Assembly: GCA_964014485.1 (NCBI GenBank)
Contig: CAXHAT010000062.1
Coordinates: 1-39,134, forward strand
Reading direction: 5' to 3'
From: an uncultured Deferribacteres bacterium
GTDB lineage: Bacteria; Zhuqueibacterota; Zhuqueibacteria; Zhuqueibacterales; Geothermadaptataceae
DNA length: 39,134 bases
Within the stretch, counting starts at the first letter, position 1. Every line of letters starts with the position of its first letter. Positions 8,139 through 15,542 of the stretch are shown here, in pieces. The position numbers and the translations under genes are program-made. Under the pieces are notes generated by a model. That model had not been told where the DNA came from. It saw only the letters and a program-made list of their open reading frames with translations, and searched no databases.

Positions 8139-8232
8139 AACAATCCTCCAAAGTTAAAACCGAACAAACCTACAAACTGAAAAAGCGGCGCGCCGGAGTC
8201 GAACCGGCGTGATACCGTCGCCGCTGCGCCCG

Positions 8233-8448
8233 CTATCTTTCATAAAGCGGCACAATGTAGCCAAACTCAGGGCCCTGGCAATAGTACAGCGCGTACTCAC
8301 CGTCCTCGCTGCGATATAGTGCGGGCTCGTCATCGTGCGACGCGTGGCCGGGCTCCGCAACCAGCCGATAGTGAGTGTGGTTGGTCCAGATGTTTCGGCC
8401 GCATGGGGTGGCTGCGATGACTTTGAGCGTTTCTTTTTTTGTAATCAT
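8233..8448 (-). CDS. Hypothetical protein, first gene after sigma-54 promoter 1
   Basis: AAGGA RBS; MITKKETLK start. Confidence 0.65.
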   Translation of the reverse strand: MITKKETLKVIAATPCGRNIWTNHTHYRLVAEPGHASHDDEPALYRSEDGEYALYYCQGPEFGYIVPLYER

Positions 8449-8492
8449 AATTCGTTTCCTTGTGGTGTGGCGTGTTGACACGTGGCTATAGT

Positions 8493-8610
8493 TGCACGTC
8501 GTGTGCCAATCCGCAGAAAACCTTTGTTTTTGTTAGGTTTTCGGCGAATTGCTCTGTGGGTAGCTGTCTATAGATGGGACAGAAATCCCATTTAATTCCC
8601 ATTTTGGGAC
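8493..8610 (-). promoter_or_regulatory. Sigma-54 (-24/-12) promoter with upstream enhancer-like sites, copy 1
   Basis: TTGGCACACGACGTGCA (GG-N10-GC) at 8493-8509; upstream AT tract and GTCCCA motifs. Confidence 0.7.
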
Positions 8611-8852
8611 TCTCGCAACATAGCGCTAAGAGTTTTCTGTTCCGATTCGTGCAGTTCGGCGCGTTTGTGGTTGAGGGTTGAAGCCGTGACTCGCAGGATT
8701 TCAATTTCTTCGCGCAGCGTTCGCAGCCGGCGTAGGATGCACCAAGCCCAATCTGATTTTGTGATGCGGCTCTGAAAATGTTTCAACTGCGCGGCGGGTA
8801 CTTCGCCGTGATTCAAAAGTCGGCGAAGCTCGTTGGAAAGTGGTTGGTCCAT
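8592..8852 (-). CDS. Hypothetical protein (86 aa)
   Basis: ORF directly downstream of structured RNA copy 1. Confidence 0.55.
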   Translation of the reverse strand: MDQPLSNELRRLLNHGEVPAAQLKHFQSRITKSDWAWCILRRLRTLREEIEILRVTASTLNHKRAELHESEQKTLSAMLRESQNGN

Positions 8853-8886
8853 GATGGTTTTCTTTTTTGTTAGATGTGAAAAAAAT

Positions 8887-8991
8887 ATTCGCCGGACTCT
8901 CGCGCCCCCTCTGCTGATGCGGTTGGCGCGGGTGATCGGAATATCACGGCTACGGGTCAGCGCCTAGGACGCCACCCGTCGCCCGGCGAAT
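8887..8991 (-). ncRNA. Structured RNA motif, copy 1
   Basis: ~90-nt core nearly identical to 9455-9558, closed by a 9-bp stem ATTCGCCGG/CCGGCGAAT. Confidence 0.7.
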
Positions 8992-9006
8992 GGAAGGGGC
9001 GACTGC

Positions 9007-9294
9007 TCAGGATTGCTCAACGCGGCCAGCGACTTCGATCTCGAACAATTCGTTCTCATCTGAGAATCCTTCGAATAGGTCGCACGGCTCGAAAAAGTCT
9101 TCGTGGTATCCAGCGGTGAGCAACATGCCCAATTCTTCATCGGTCAAGTTGGAGACGGATCGAGTTCGGACGATTTGGCCCAACTGCTCGTGGGTGATAA
9201 TTTCTTCGGCCGCGGCGTGCATCAAGCAGTAGCCAAGTTGCTCATCGTTGAGGTTGGACAGTAAACCAAGGGGTTTTGCGGGAGTGTTGGTCAT
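9007..9294 (-). CDS. Small acidic hypothetical protein (95 aa)
   Basis: AAGGA RBS; internal repeat SNLNDEQLG / SNLTDEELG; acidic C-terminus. Confidence 0.7.
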   Translation of the reverse strand: MTNTPAKPLGLLSNLNDEQLGYCLMHAAAEEIITHEQLGQIVRTRSVSNLTDEELGMLLTAGYHEDFFEPCDLFEGFSDENELFEIEVAGRVEQS

Positions 9295-9333
9295 GGTCGC
9301 GGTTCCTTTTTTGGGAAGGGAAAGTAAAAGCGA

Positions 9334-9426
9334 TCAGTCAAAAATGCCAAGGATCGATTCCAGCACGATCCCCAGCAGCACGCCGATGGCCAGCGTTATC
9401 ACGGAAAGTACAAGTGCGATGCTCAT
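9334..9426 (-). CDS. Single-helix membrane peptide (30 aa), not in the ORF track
   Basis: AAGGAG RBS; MSIALVLSVITLAIGVLLGIVLESILGIFD. Confidence 0.65.
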   Translation of the reverse strand: MSIALVLSVITLAIGVLLGIVLESILGIFD

Positions 9427-9454
9427 TTTTTCTCCTTAGGAAGAGTAAAACAAA

Positions 9455-9558
9455 GCCTGCTGGACTCTCGCGCCCCCTCTGCTGATGCGGTTGGCGCGGG
9501 TGATCGTTTCTCACGGCTACGGGTCAGCGTGTACGGCGCTACCCGTCGCCCAGCAGGC
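9455..9558 (-). ncRNA. Structured RNA motif, copy 2
   Basis: Same core as copy 1, closed by a different but perfect 9-bp stem GCCTGCTGG/CCAGCAGGC. Confidence 0.7.
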
Positions 9559-9605
9559 AACAAAACGCCGCCGGGGAGTTGCACCCCGGCGAAGGCTGTG
9601 CGGCG

Positions 9606-9788
9606 TTAGGGCAAGCTTTTCAGCAACGTCTGCATGTCAACGTACGTTAGCTTTTCGGCGATTTTGGTTAGCTTGCGGGTGTGGTGGCGGGTGTCGTCCA
9701 GGTTCGGATCAGAATCCCTGTTTTTGAGAAATCGCGAAACGAACTCTTCGATCATCCAATCGCGTCCAGTCTTTTTTTCGTCTTGCAT
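9606..9788 (-). CDS. Hypothetical protein (60 aa)
   Basis: TTTGGAGGATTG RBS. Confidence 0.7.
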   Translation of the reverse strand: MQDEKKTGRDWMIEEFVSRFLKNRDSDPNLDDTRHHTRKLTKIAEKLTYVDMQTLLKSLP

Positions 9789-9904
9789 AATTCAATCCTC
9801 CAAAGTGTAAAAAGTGAAACCTCTGAACAGCCGACCGTCGCGGAATCGAACCGCGAAAAACCTCTCGGCCGGTGTGGGGTGATTGCGGCTCACCCCAAAG
9901 CCCT

Positions 9905-10015
9905 GGCTGTTTGCGACGAGCCTCGCGGCGGCGGCTAGATTTCGATAGCCTGCTAAACCGTCCAGCGTTTTTTCCGACCGGCTGGTGGCCACGGCTGTTT
10001 GCGACGAGCCTCGCG
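9905..10015. repeat. 23-nt perfect direct repeat GGCTGTTTGCGACGAGCCTCGCG
   Basis: Copies at 9905-9927 and 9993-10015. Confidence 0.8.
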
Positions 10016-10114
10016 TCGGGTCAATTGTCACCGCTGACTCCTCACGGGTGGGCCTTACTCCGCCCACAGGAAAAAGCGAGTGGCGGGAGTCGAACCCGCC
10101 AAAGCCGCGTCTCG

Positions 10115-10339
10115 CTAGGCTGAGGCGATTTTTGTTGGCCAGGGTATGCAGATAAAAATCAAAACTGCATACCAAAACCAGCCCCCGCCTAAGGCGCCGA
10201 GCATCGACCATCCGATCGGGAGCAGAAACAAAGCAGAACCGATTTGTAAAGTAAAGGCGCTGCGAAAGTGAACCCCGATCAACATGATCGAAACACAAAA
10301 AATCGTCCAAGCCAAAACAACAATCAAACTCAGCAACAT
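10115..10339 (-). CDS. Small multi-pass membrane protein
   Basis: TTTGGAGG RBS; about three hydrophobic segments. Confidence 0.7.
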   Translation of the reverse strand: MLLSLIVVLAWTIFCVSIMLIGVHFRSAFTLQIGSALFLLPIGWSMLGALGGGWFWYAVLIFICIPWPTKIASA

Positions 10340-10654
10340 GGGAACCTCCAAAAAGTAAAAGTGAAACTGTTGTTAAAAGCCGCTGCGGGAATCGAACCCG
10401 CGTTACCAGGGCGGCTTGTGTGTTGTCGTCGTCGTTTTCTCATCGCCGGGCGATCGTGTCGCAAAAACCAGCGGCCCTTACCGTTGCCGGCGGGCGTGAG
10501 AGGGCAGGCGAGCGAACCGAAGGACTCTCAACTACGCGTGAGAAGCGCCGCAGAGTGCGGGATTGTAATCTTCGGCCACCAATTTAATGGTGTGCATCGG
10601 CCAGCCGTTCGAATTTTAAAAGAGCAAGTTGTCGTGTTGACGATTGACTATAGA

Positions 10655-10782
10655 TGCACGTCGTGTGCCAATTCGCAGAAAACCCGCAAACCTTTGTTTT
10701 TATTGGGTTTGCGGCGAATCGCTCTGTGGTTAGTTGTCTACAAATGGGACGAAAATCGCAAAATGGGACCCATTATGGGACA
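10655..10782 (-). promoter_or_regulatory. Sigma-54 promoter with upstream enhancer-like sites, copy 2
   Basis: TTGGCACACGACGTGCA at 10655-10671; region ~10634-10760 is a diverged duplicate of ~8473-8590; repeated GTCCCA motifs. Confidence 0.7.
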
Positions 10783-10786
10783 GGGG

Positions 10787-11017
10787 TCAGCGCCCCCAAC
10801 GAATTTTGGCGCGCTGAATATCGGGATCACTCTCTCGCTCGGCGATATGGCGCTCGAGATCGTCACACGTGGTAAGCAGTACGCCGCTCACTTTGATGGA
10901 CGGAAGCGGGCCTCGCATAATCTGTACGGCGCGCTGCCGGCAAACGTTGAGGCGCGACGCCACTTCCTTGACGCCGATCAAGCGGCCGGCGATGTGTTTG
11001 GTGAGTAATTTTGGCAT
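10787..11017 (-). CDS. Helix-turn-helix (AlpA/excisionase-like) protein
   Basis: LIGVKEVASRLNVCRQRAVQIM...LPSIKVSG. Confidence 0.7.
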   Translation of the reverse strand: MPKLLTKHIAGRLIGVKEVASRLNVCRQRAVQIMRGPLPSIKVSGVLLTTCDDLERHIAERESDPDIQRAKIRWGR

Positions 11018-11074
11018 ATCTATAGGACAGGTTATTCGCGCCCCCCTCCTATTATATGGAGCGGCTATAGCGAA

Positions 11075-13255
11075 TCAACTAGTGATGATGTCGCGGAGGC
11101 GTGGAGCCTGCTTCGCCCACGATCGCCTTTCCGCCCATGCCCTCGCCTGCACGCTGGCCTCGCTGATGTCGCGTCTGTGCCAATGGCGCATTAATCCGGC
11201 TAGCGCCTCCGCATCACTCTCCGCGGCCTGAATCGTGCGCGCCAGCCGCTCGCTGCGATACACGCAGGGGATCTTGTCGAGGTGGTTGTATTCACTCATC
11301 GGAGGCGCGTCCGTGCAAATAAGCGGCATGCCGCACGCCTGAGCCTCGAGCGCCTGAAGGCCGATCCCCTCCCAACGGCTGGGAAAAAGCAACACGTCGC
11401 CGTGAGCGTACAGTTGCTCAGGACACGACGCCTCGCCCATAAAATTGACGTGTTGCGGCCATCGCACATTGCTAGCCCCATGACCACGATATTGCTGCTC
11501 GTATACGATTAGCGGTATTTCAGGACACATCTCTGCCGCGCGAGCTACAATGTCGCCGCCTTTGCGCCCCTTGCTGCCACGGTTGCCGTGTACAAATAAA
11601 TACGACCGGACACGATCGCGGCGGCGAAAAGAGAATCGCTCCGTATCCACCGGCCACGGAAAAAGATGGATGCGGTTGGCCGGAAAGTGCTGGTGCAAAA
11701 AACGATAGCAATACTCGTTGGGGGCAATCCACAAATCAACGGATTTAACCCACGACGCCCCTGGATCAAGCCACTCATGCATAGGCACACACGCCGTCTT
11801 CACGCCGCACTCTTTGGCGGCCTCAAAAAATCCCGATACCGGCATCAATTCGGCGAACACCACCACGCTCAGATTAGATAAAAACTCGCGCACTTCCTGC
11901 CCCGCATTGCCATCGCAAAAAATGCTCTGCGTGCATTCCAGGGAGTCGAGATGAGGCACTCGGTGCGCGGGAATCAACCACTTATCTGCCGGCAGATGAC
12001 GCACTAAATCACGGTTGAGATACCCCAATCCCTGCGCCGTATTGTAGCCCACAACGCCTATACCTGAATCTACTTTCTGTCGAGGCGTAGTAATCTCTAC
12101 GCGATTATTTTGCGGCCATTCTCCTTGAGTGCAATCAAAATCTTCGCCAACAAAAGTGGGAGCCATGCGGCTATGATTATGATCCAATGAGGCGGACAAT
12201 CCTGGATGCATTACGCTTGTCTCACCAATGTGTTGAGCGAGACTGGGTGAGTGGTAATAAACTTTATACCCCCTTTTATTCATCCATCCACCGATTGCAT
12301 TATCGAGGCAATGTCTACTCTTGCGGTCAATCAAGTCAGCGTCGGTGATTATCTCTTTTGCAACATGACGTGGAATAATCCACGCGCATGCTCCAACTAA
12401 TTGACGACCGCGATTCACCGGCTGAAATCCATACTCGTTCGATTCATATCCATGCGGTGTGTATAACGATAACAAACCAGCATCCCGCGGAAAATGCACA
12501 TTTTCTAGGTATGCGCGTACATATCTTGCAAAAACAACGTCATCCTGACACAACAAGATATGGCTTGACTGAGGGTTAGAAACATAAAGTTCGGTTAACG
12601 ATAAAAACCAATTCTGCCAACCGCCTGTTGTTCTTTGCCTGGTGGTTGTTACGGAATTTTCTGGAACGCTCGAATTTCCGTCCACGAAAATCACAAAATA
12701 ATTCCACCCTGCCAAATTCAAACTGCTTGTTGTACGAGTTAACGTCTCTTTGCGCCGTTGCGTGGTTGTTATGCCAACTGCATACACACGTTTTCTATCC
12801 TCACTTTTTTTTTTAATGTGGGGAATGGGGAACGCCATGGCGGAAATTAAATCGCCAGGATAAGAAGGAGTGTCTGGATCGTCCTCAGAAACCGAGCGAG
12901 CCAAAGATGGAGTGTAAAAATAAATAGAAAGACCATTTCTCTTGGCCCACCTGCCAAGGTTTTCATCGCCTGAATTCGCGAATTCTCTAAGAACGTCGGA
13001 GTTAAATAACAGGCAAAAATTGCAATTGAATCTTTCTCCGATATTGCAAGATGACAATTTACCCCACCTCGACTCAAAAGCGCGAGGTGTGAAAAAAGAG
13101 CAAGCCGCGGCGTCATCTGGGATCAAAAATTGCTCAGAAAAAGCAGAAATATCTTTGCAACATTTAACGCCGCGACGCCGCAAAAGGACTCTAGAATCTG
13201 GTCGAAAAAACCCCCCGCCTAATTCACCAATGTTGCTGAATTCAATGTCATACAT
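11075..13255 (-). CDS. Multidomain glycosyltransferase (GT-A/GT2-like plus GT-B/GT4-like)
   Basis: VIFVDG, LLCQDDVVF, GACAWII and PSLAQHIG (GT-A); RKGGD and PSRWEGIGLQALEAQACGMP (GT4 EX7E motif). Confidence 0.85.
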   Translation of the reverse strand: MYDIEFSNIGELGGGFFRPDSRVLLRRRGVKCCKDISAFSEQFLIPDDAAACSFFTPRAFESRWGKLSSCNIGERFNCNFCLLFNSDVLREFANSGDENLGRWAKRNGLSIYFYTPSLARSVSEDDPDTPSYPGDLISAMAFPIPHIKKKSEDRKRVYAVGITTTQRRKETLTRTTSSLNLAGWNYFVIFVDGNSSVPENSVTTTRQRTTGGWQNWFLSLTELYVSNPQSSHILLCQDDVVFARYVRAYLENVHFPRDAGLLSLYTPHGYESNEYGFQPVNRGRQLVGACAWIIPRHVAKEIITDADLIDRKSRHCLDNAIGGWMNKRGYKVYYHSPSLAQHIGETSVMHPGLSASLDHNHSRMAPTFVGEDFDCTQGEWPQNNRVEITTPRQKVDSGIGVVGYNTAQGLGYLNRDLVRHLPADKWLIPAHRVPHLDSLECTQSIFCDGNAGQEVREFLSNLSVVVFAELMPVSGFFEAAKECGVKTACVPMHEWLDPGASWVKSVDLWIAPNEYCYRFLHQHFPANRIHLFPWPVDTERFSFRRRDRVRSYLFVHGNRGSKGRKGGDIVARAAEMCPEIPLIVYEQQYRGHGASNVRWPQHVNFMGEASCPEQLYAHGDVLLFPSRWEGIGLQALEAQACGMPLICTDAPPMSEYNHLDKIPCVYRSERLARTIQAAESDAEALAGLMRHWHRRDISEASVQARAWAERRSWAKQAPRLRDIITS

Positions 13256-15542
13256 TTGGCATTTTAATAATCAACAAAGTAAAATCGTTTATCAAAGCAC
13301 TGCTTGAAGTATTTACCCATGCGCCTTGAAACCTCACTCGAAAATTCTGGTAGCCTTCATTCGGCCCCATAAAAAGGCAATATGCCACTCCGGGAACCGT
13401 GCTGGTCCTAGAAAATCCAGCTGGCGAACTCGGTAAAGAACCACCGCTCATTATTTCGCGTTGATAGTAGCTTTCCGTTGACTGCCCTACTGCGGCAAAC
13501 CCGCCTCCACCAGCTTCAACTTCCATCCATACGTGAAACGAATCTCTTGCGCCCTGTGAAGTGTCAATTGCACCCGGATTGATATTAGACCACCAAATAA
13601 AGCTATAAACACCATCTTCGTTGATAGAATATTCGTCGTCACCCTCGTCAGTCACCAAGTCGCTGGTACAACCAGCGATTGTCCCTGTAATATCTAGCGT
13701 CTGCGCATATATTTCAAAATGTTGATTAGAAGCATTCTGGTGCAAAATGTCAAACTTTATGCCCGGCATACATCTCTCGATAATCCTCCATTTTTGATCT
13801 TCCGGGAACCAGCCGATAAATACCTCTTCCGGCGTGCTGGCGCTGGCGTCAACCGCGATGTCGCAATCCGCCCACGAATTATGAACAGTCACCGTCGGGC
13901 CGCTCGGTTGGATCACACCGTCGCCACTTCCACCCGCTGATATTTCCGTTGATATTTGCGCTCGATAAATCTTGGTGGCCTCATGCACAATATAACTTGG
14001 CCGCGTGTCGCCGCTGTGCGTCTCGTAGCCATACAGACGACCCTGATAATACTCCTTACTCGGCAAAGCTGTGCTGCCGCCCATGCCTGGATAAAAAGAG
14101 TTGTACCGTATCCAGCAGTCGTCTTGAGTCTGTACCGTTCCCGCAGTCTTGCGGATCGCCACACGGCCTGGTATCAACCCGCTAGCGTTCTCCGCTACCG
14201 CCTCTAGGCTGTCGGTGGACCCATCCCACACTTGCACCATCTGATCGGTGCGAGGCCATGTTGGTCGAATGGCGTCGCTGATCGCCGCCGGCGTCAATAT
14301 CTCGCCGCGTGTAATCAGCCCGCTCCCTTTGGTGGGTTTGTCCGCCGGAGAACGCATGCGATGCCGCGGGCTGACTTCCACCTCAGTCACAAGCCCTCCC
14401 TGATGGCCCTGATCGCCGTGATTGCGCCATCGAACCAACGACACCTCGGTATCAGGCAATATCGTGGTGACAACACCGCTGTAGCGTTTCTTTTTGCGCC
14501 CGTTGCCGGCCTCGAGCGCGTCAACGTACTCCGCTGCCACTTCCGTCGCCCTGGTAGTCAGCGCCCCTGAATTCGACGGCGTAGAACTTGTTTCGCTGGT
14601 AATTGTGGCCGTTAAATCGTCCCACAAACACACGTTGGTGTTCGCCAATGCGCCGGTTGATCCAGTGTTGACAGTCACCGAGTGGATCGCATTAAGCTCC
14701 CACTCGTTGCCCGCTCCGCGGACAGTATCACGCTCCGTCCCGTATTGACCCGCCTTGCGAAACAGCACCGTAATTTGCTTGGGCAAATTCGCCGCGCCGG
14801 CCACCTTGGGGTCGTAATCGTAAATCAGCCTCTTTTTGACGGCGTTCATCCGCGCTGCCAAGTCCGCCTCCGGCGCCGACACTACCACGGTAAAAGTGTC
14901 GGTCAAGGGCTGATACTTGACCTTGCAGCCGATCTTGTCCAGCAGTTCTTCGATCGCCCGCCAGGCCGACACACCAACAAAGCGAAAATTTTCCGGCGTA
15001 CCGTCGGGCGCATAGGGTAGCGATGGAGCCGCCCCCATGCTCCCCAAGTGCGTATCCCACAAATCCTGAAACAGTGTTTCCCACGTCCAGATTGTCGGGC
15101 CGGAATCAAGAGAATCGACGTAGTACAACCCCGCGCCGCTGGTCGTCGACGGGGCGGGCATGCGTACGTTGTACTGTGCGTTGACGTGCGACATCTCTGC
15201 GATGCGGCGTTTGTCCGCCAACTCCACCAAATACGCCGCTTTTTTGTCGCTGTCAAAAATTAGAGTGACGGCGTGCGCCCGCACAATATAGAGTGCTTGA
15301 ATTTCCGCCGACGTTTTCCCGTCGTCGAATTTCATCTTGTGCGAGGCGTCAATATCTAATTTGTCCAATTCCTCGCGCGTGATCAGCGCCCAGCCCTCGC
15401 CGGCATCGCTGCCGATGGGACACTCGTAGCTATTGGCCTTGCCCATCCAGTCTCGCGGCGTCCCCCACTCGGATGAGTAAGACACCAGGCCGGAGGGATC
15501 AAGTAGCTTTTTGCCGCCGAGCGTGATGAGGGACTTGGGCAT
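13248..15542 (-). CDS. Putative tail/baseplate structural protein (764 aa)
   Basis: Size, G/S/T-rich beta-type composition and position in the virion module; no recognisable motif. Confidence 0.45.
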   Translation of the reverse strand: MPKSLITLGGKKLLDPSGLVSYSSEWGTPRDWMGKANSYECPIGSDAGEGWALITREELDKLDIDASHKMKFDDGKTSAEIQALYIVRAHAVTLIFDSDKKAAYLVELADKRRIAEMSHVNAQYNVRMPAPSTTSGAGLYYVDSLDSGPTIWTWETLFQDLWDTHLGSMGAAPSLPYAPDGTPENFRFVGVSAWRAIEELLDKIGCKVKYQPLTDTFTVVVSAPEADLAARMNAVKKRLIYDYDPKVAGAANLPKQITVLFRKAGQYGTERDTVRGAGNEWELNAIHSVTVNTGSTGALANTNVCLWDDLTATITSETSSTPSNSGALTTRATEVAAEYVDALEAGNGRKKKRYSGVVTTILPDTEVSLVRWRNHGDQGHQGGLVTEVEVSPRHRMRSPADKPTKGSGLITRGEILTPAAISDAIRPTWPRTDQMVQVWDGSTDSLEAVAENASGLIPGRVAIRKTAGTVQTQDDCWIRYNSFYPGMGGSTALPSKEYYQGRLYGYETHSGDTRPSYIVHEATKIYRAQISTEISAGGSGDGVIQPSGPTVTVHNSWADCDIAVDASASTPEEVFIGWFPEDQKWRIIERCMPGIKFDILHQNASNQHFEIYAQTLDITGTIAGCTSDLVTDEGDDEYSINEDGVYSFIWWSNINPGAIDTSQGARDSFHVWMEVEAGGGGFAAVGQSTESYYQREIMSGGSLPSSPAGFSRTSTVPGVAYCLFMGPNEGYQNFRVRFQGAWVNTSSSALINDFTLLIIKMPNV

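Larger units (their letters stand above)
7961..10417 (-). repeat. Six dispersed tRNA-like mini-helix elements (T-loop hairpin inside an outer stem)
   Basis: At 7961-8002, 8184-8225, 9564-9607, 9830-9873, 10075-10116 and 10377-10417. Minus-strand loops are TTCGACT, TTCGATT or TGCAACT on GC stems. Confidence 0.8.

Noticed and set aside
8475..8500. Plus-strand sigma-70 promoter from TTGACA
   Set aside because: No -10 element at the right spacing and no plus-strand gene downstream; the conserved element is the minus-strand sigma-54 motif
9282..9290. Self-target for the AGTGTTGGC guide
   Set aside because: Only an 8-9-nt match, which is expected by chance
7961..10417. True tRNA genes
   Set aside because: Only ~42 nt each, with no D or anticodon arms
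10377..10600. tmRNA (AEDYNPAL... reading plus downstream T-arm)
   Set aside because: No GGGG 5' end or CCA-type acceptor, the peptide does not end in an ALAA-like tag, and the T-arm belongs to the repeated mini-helix family
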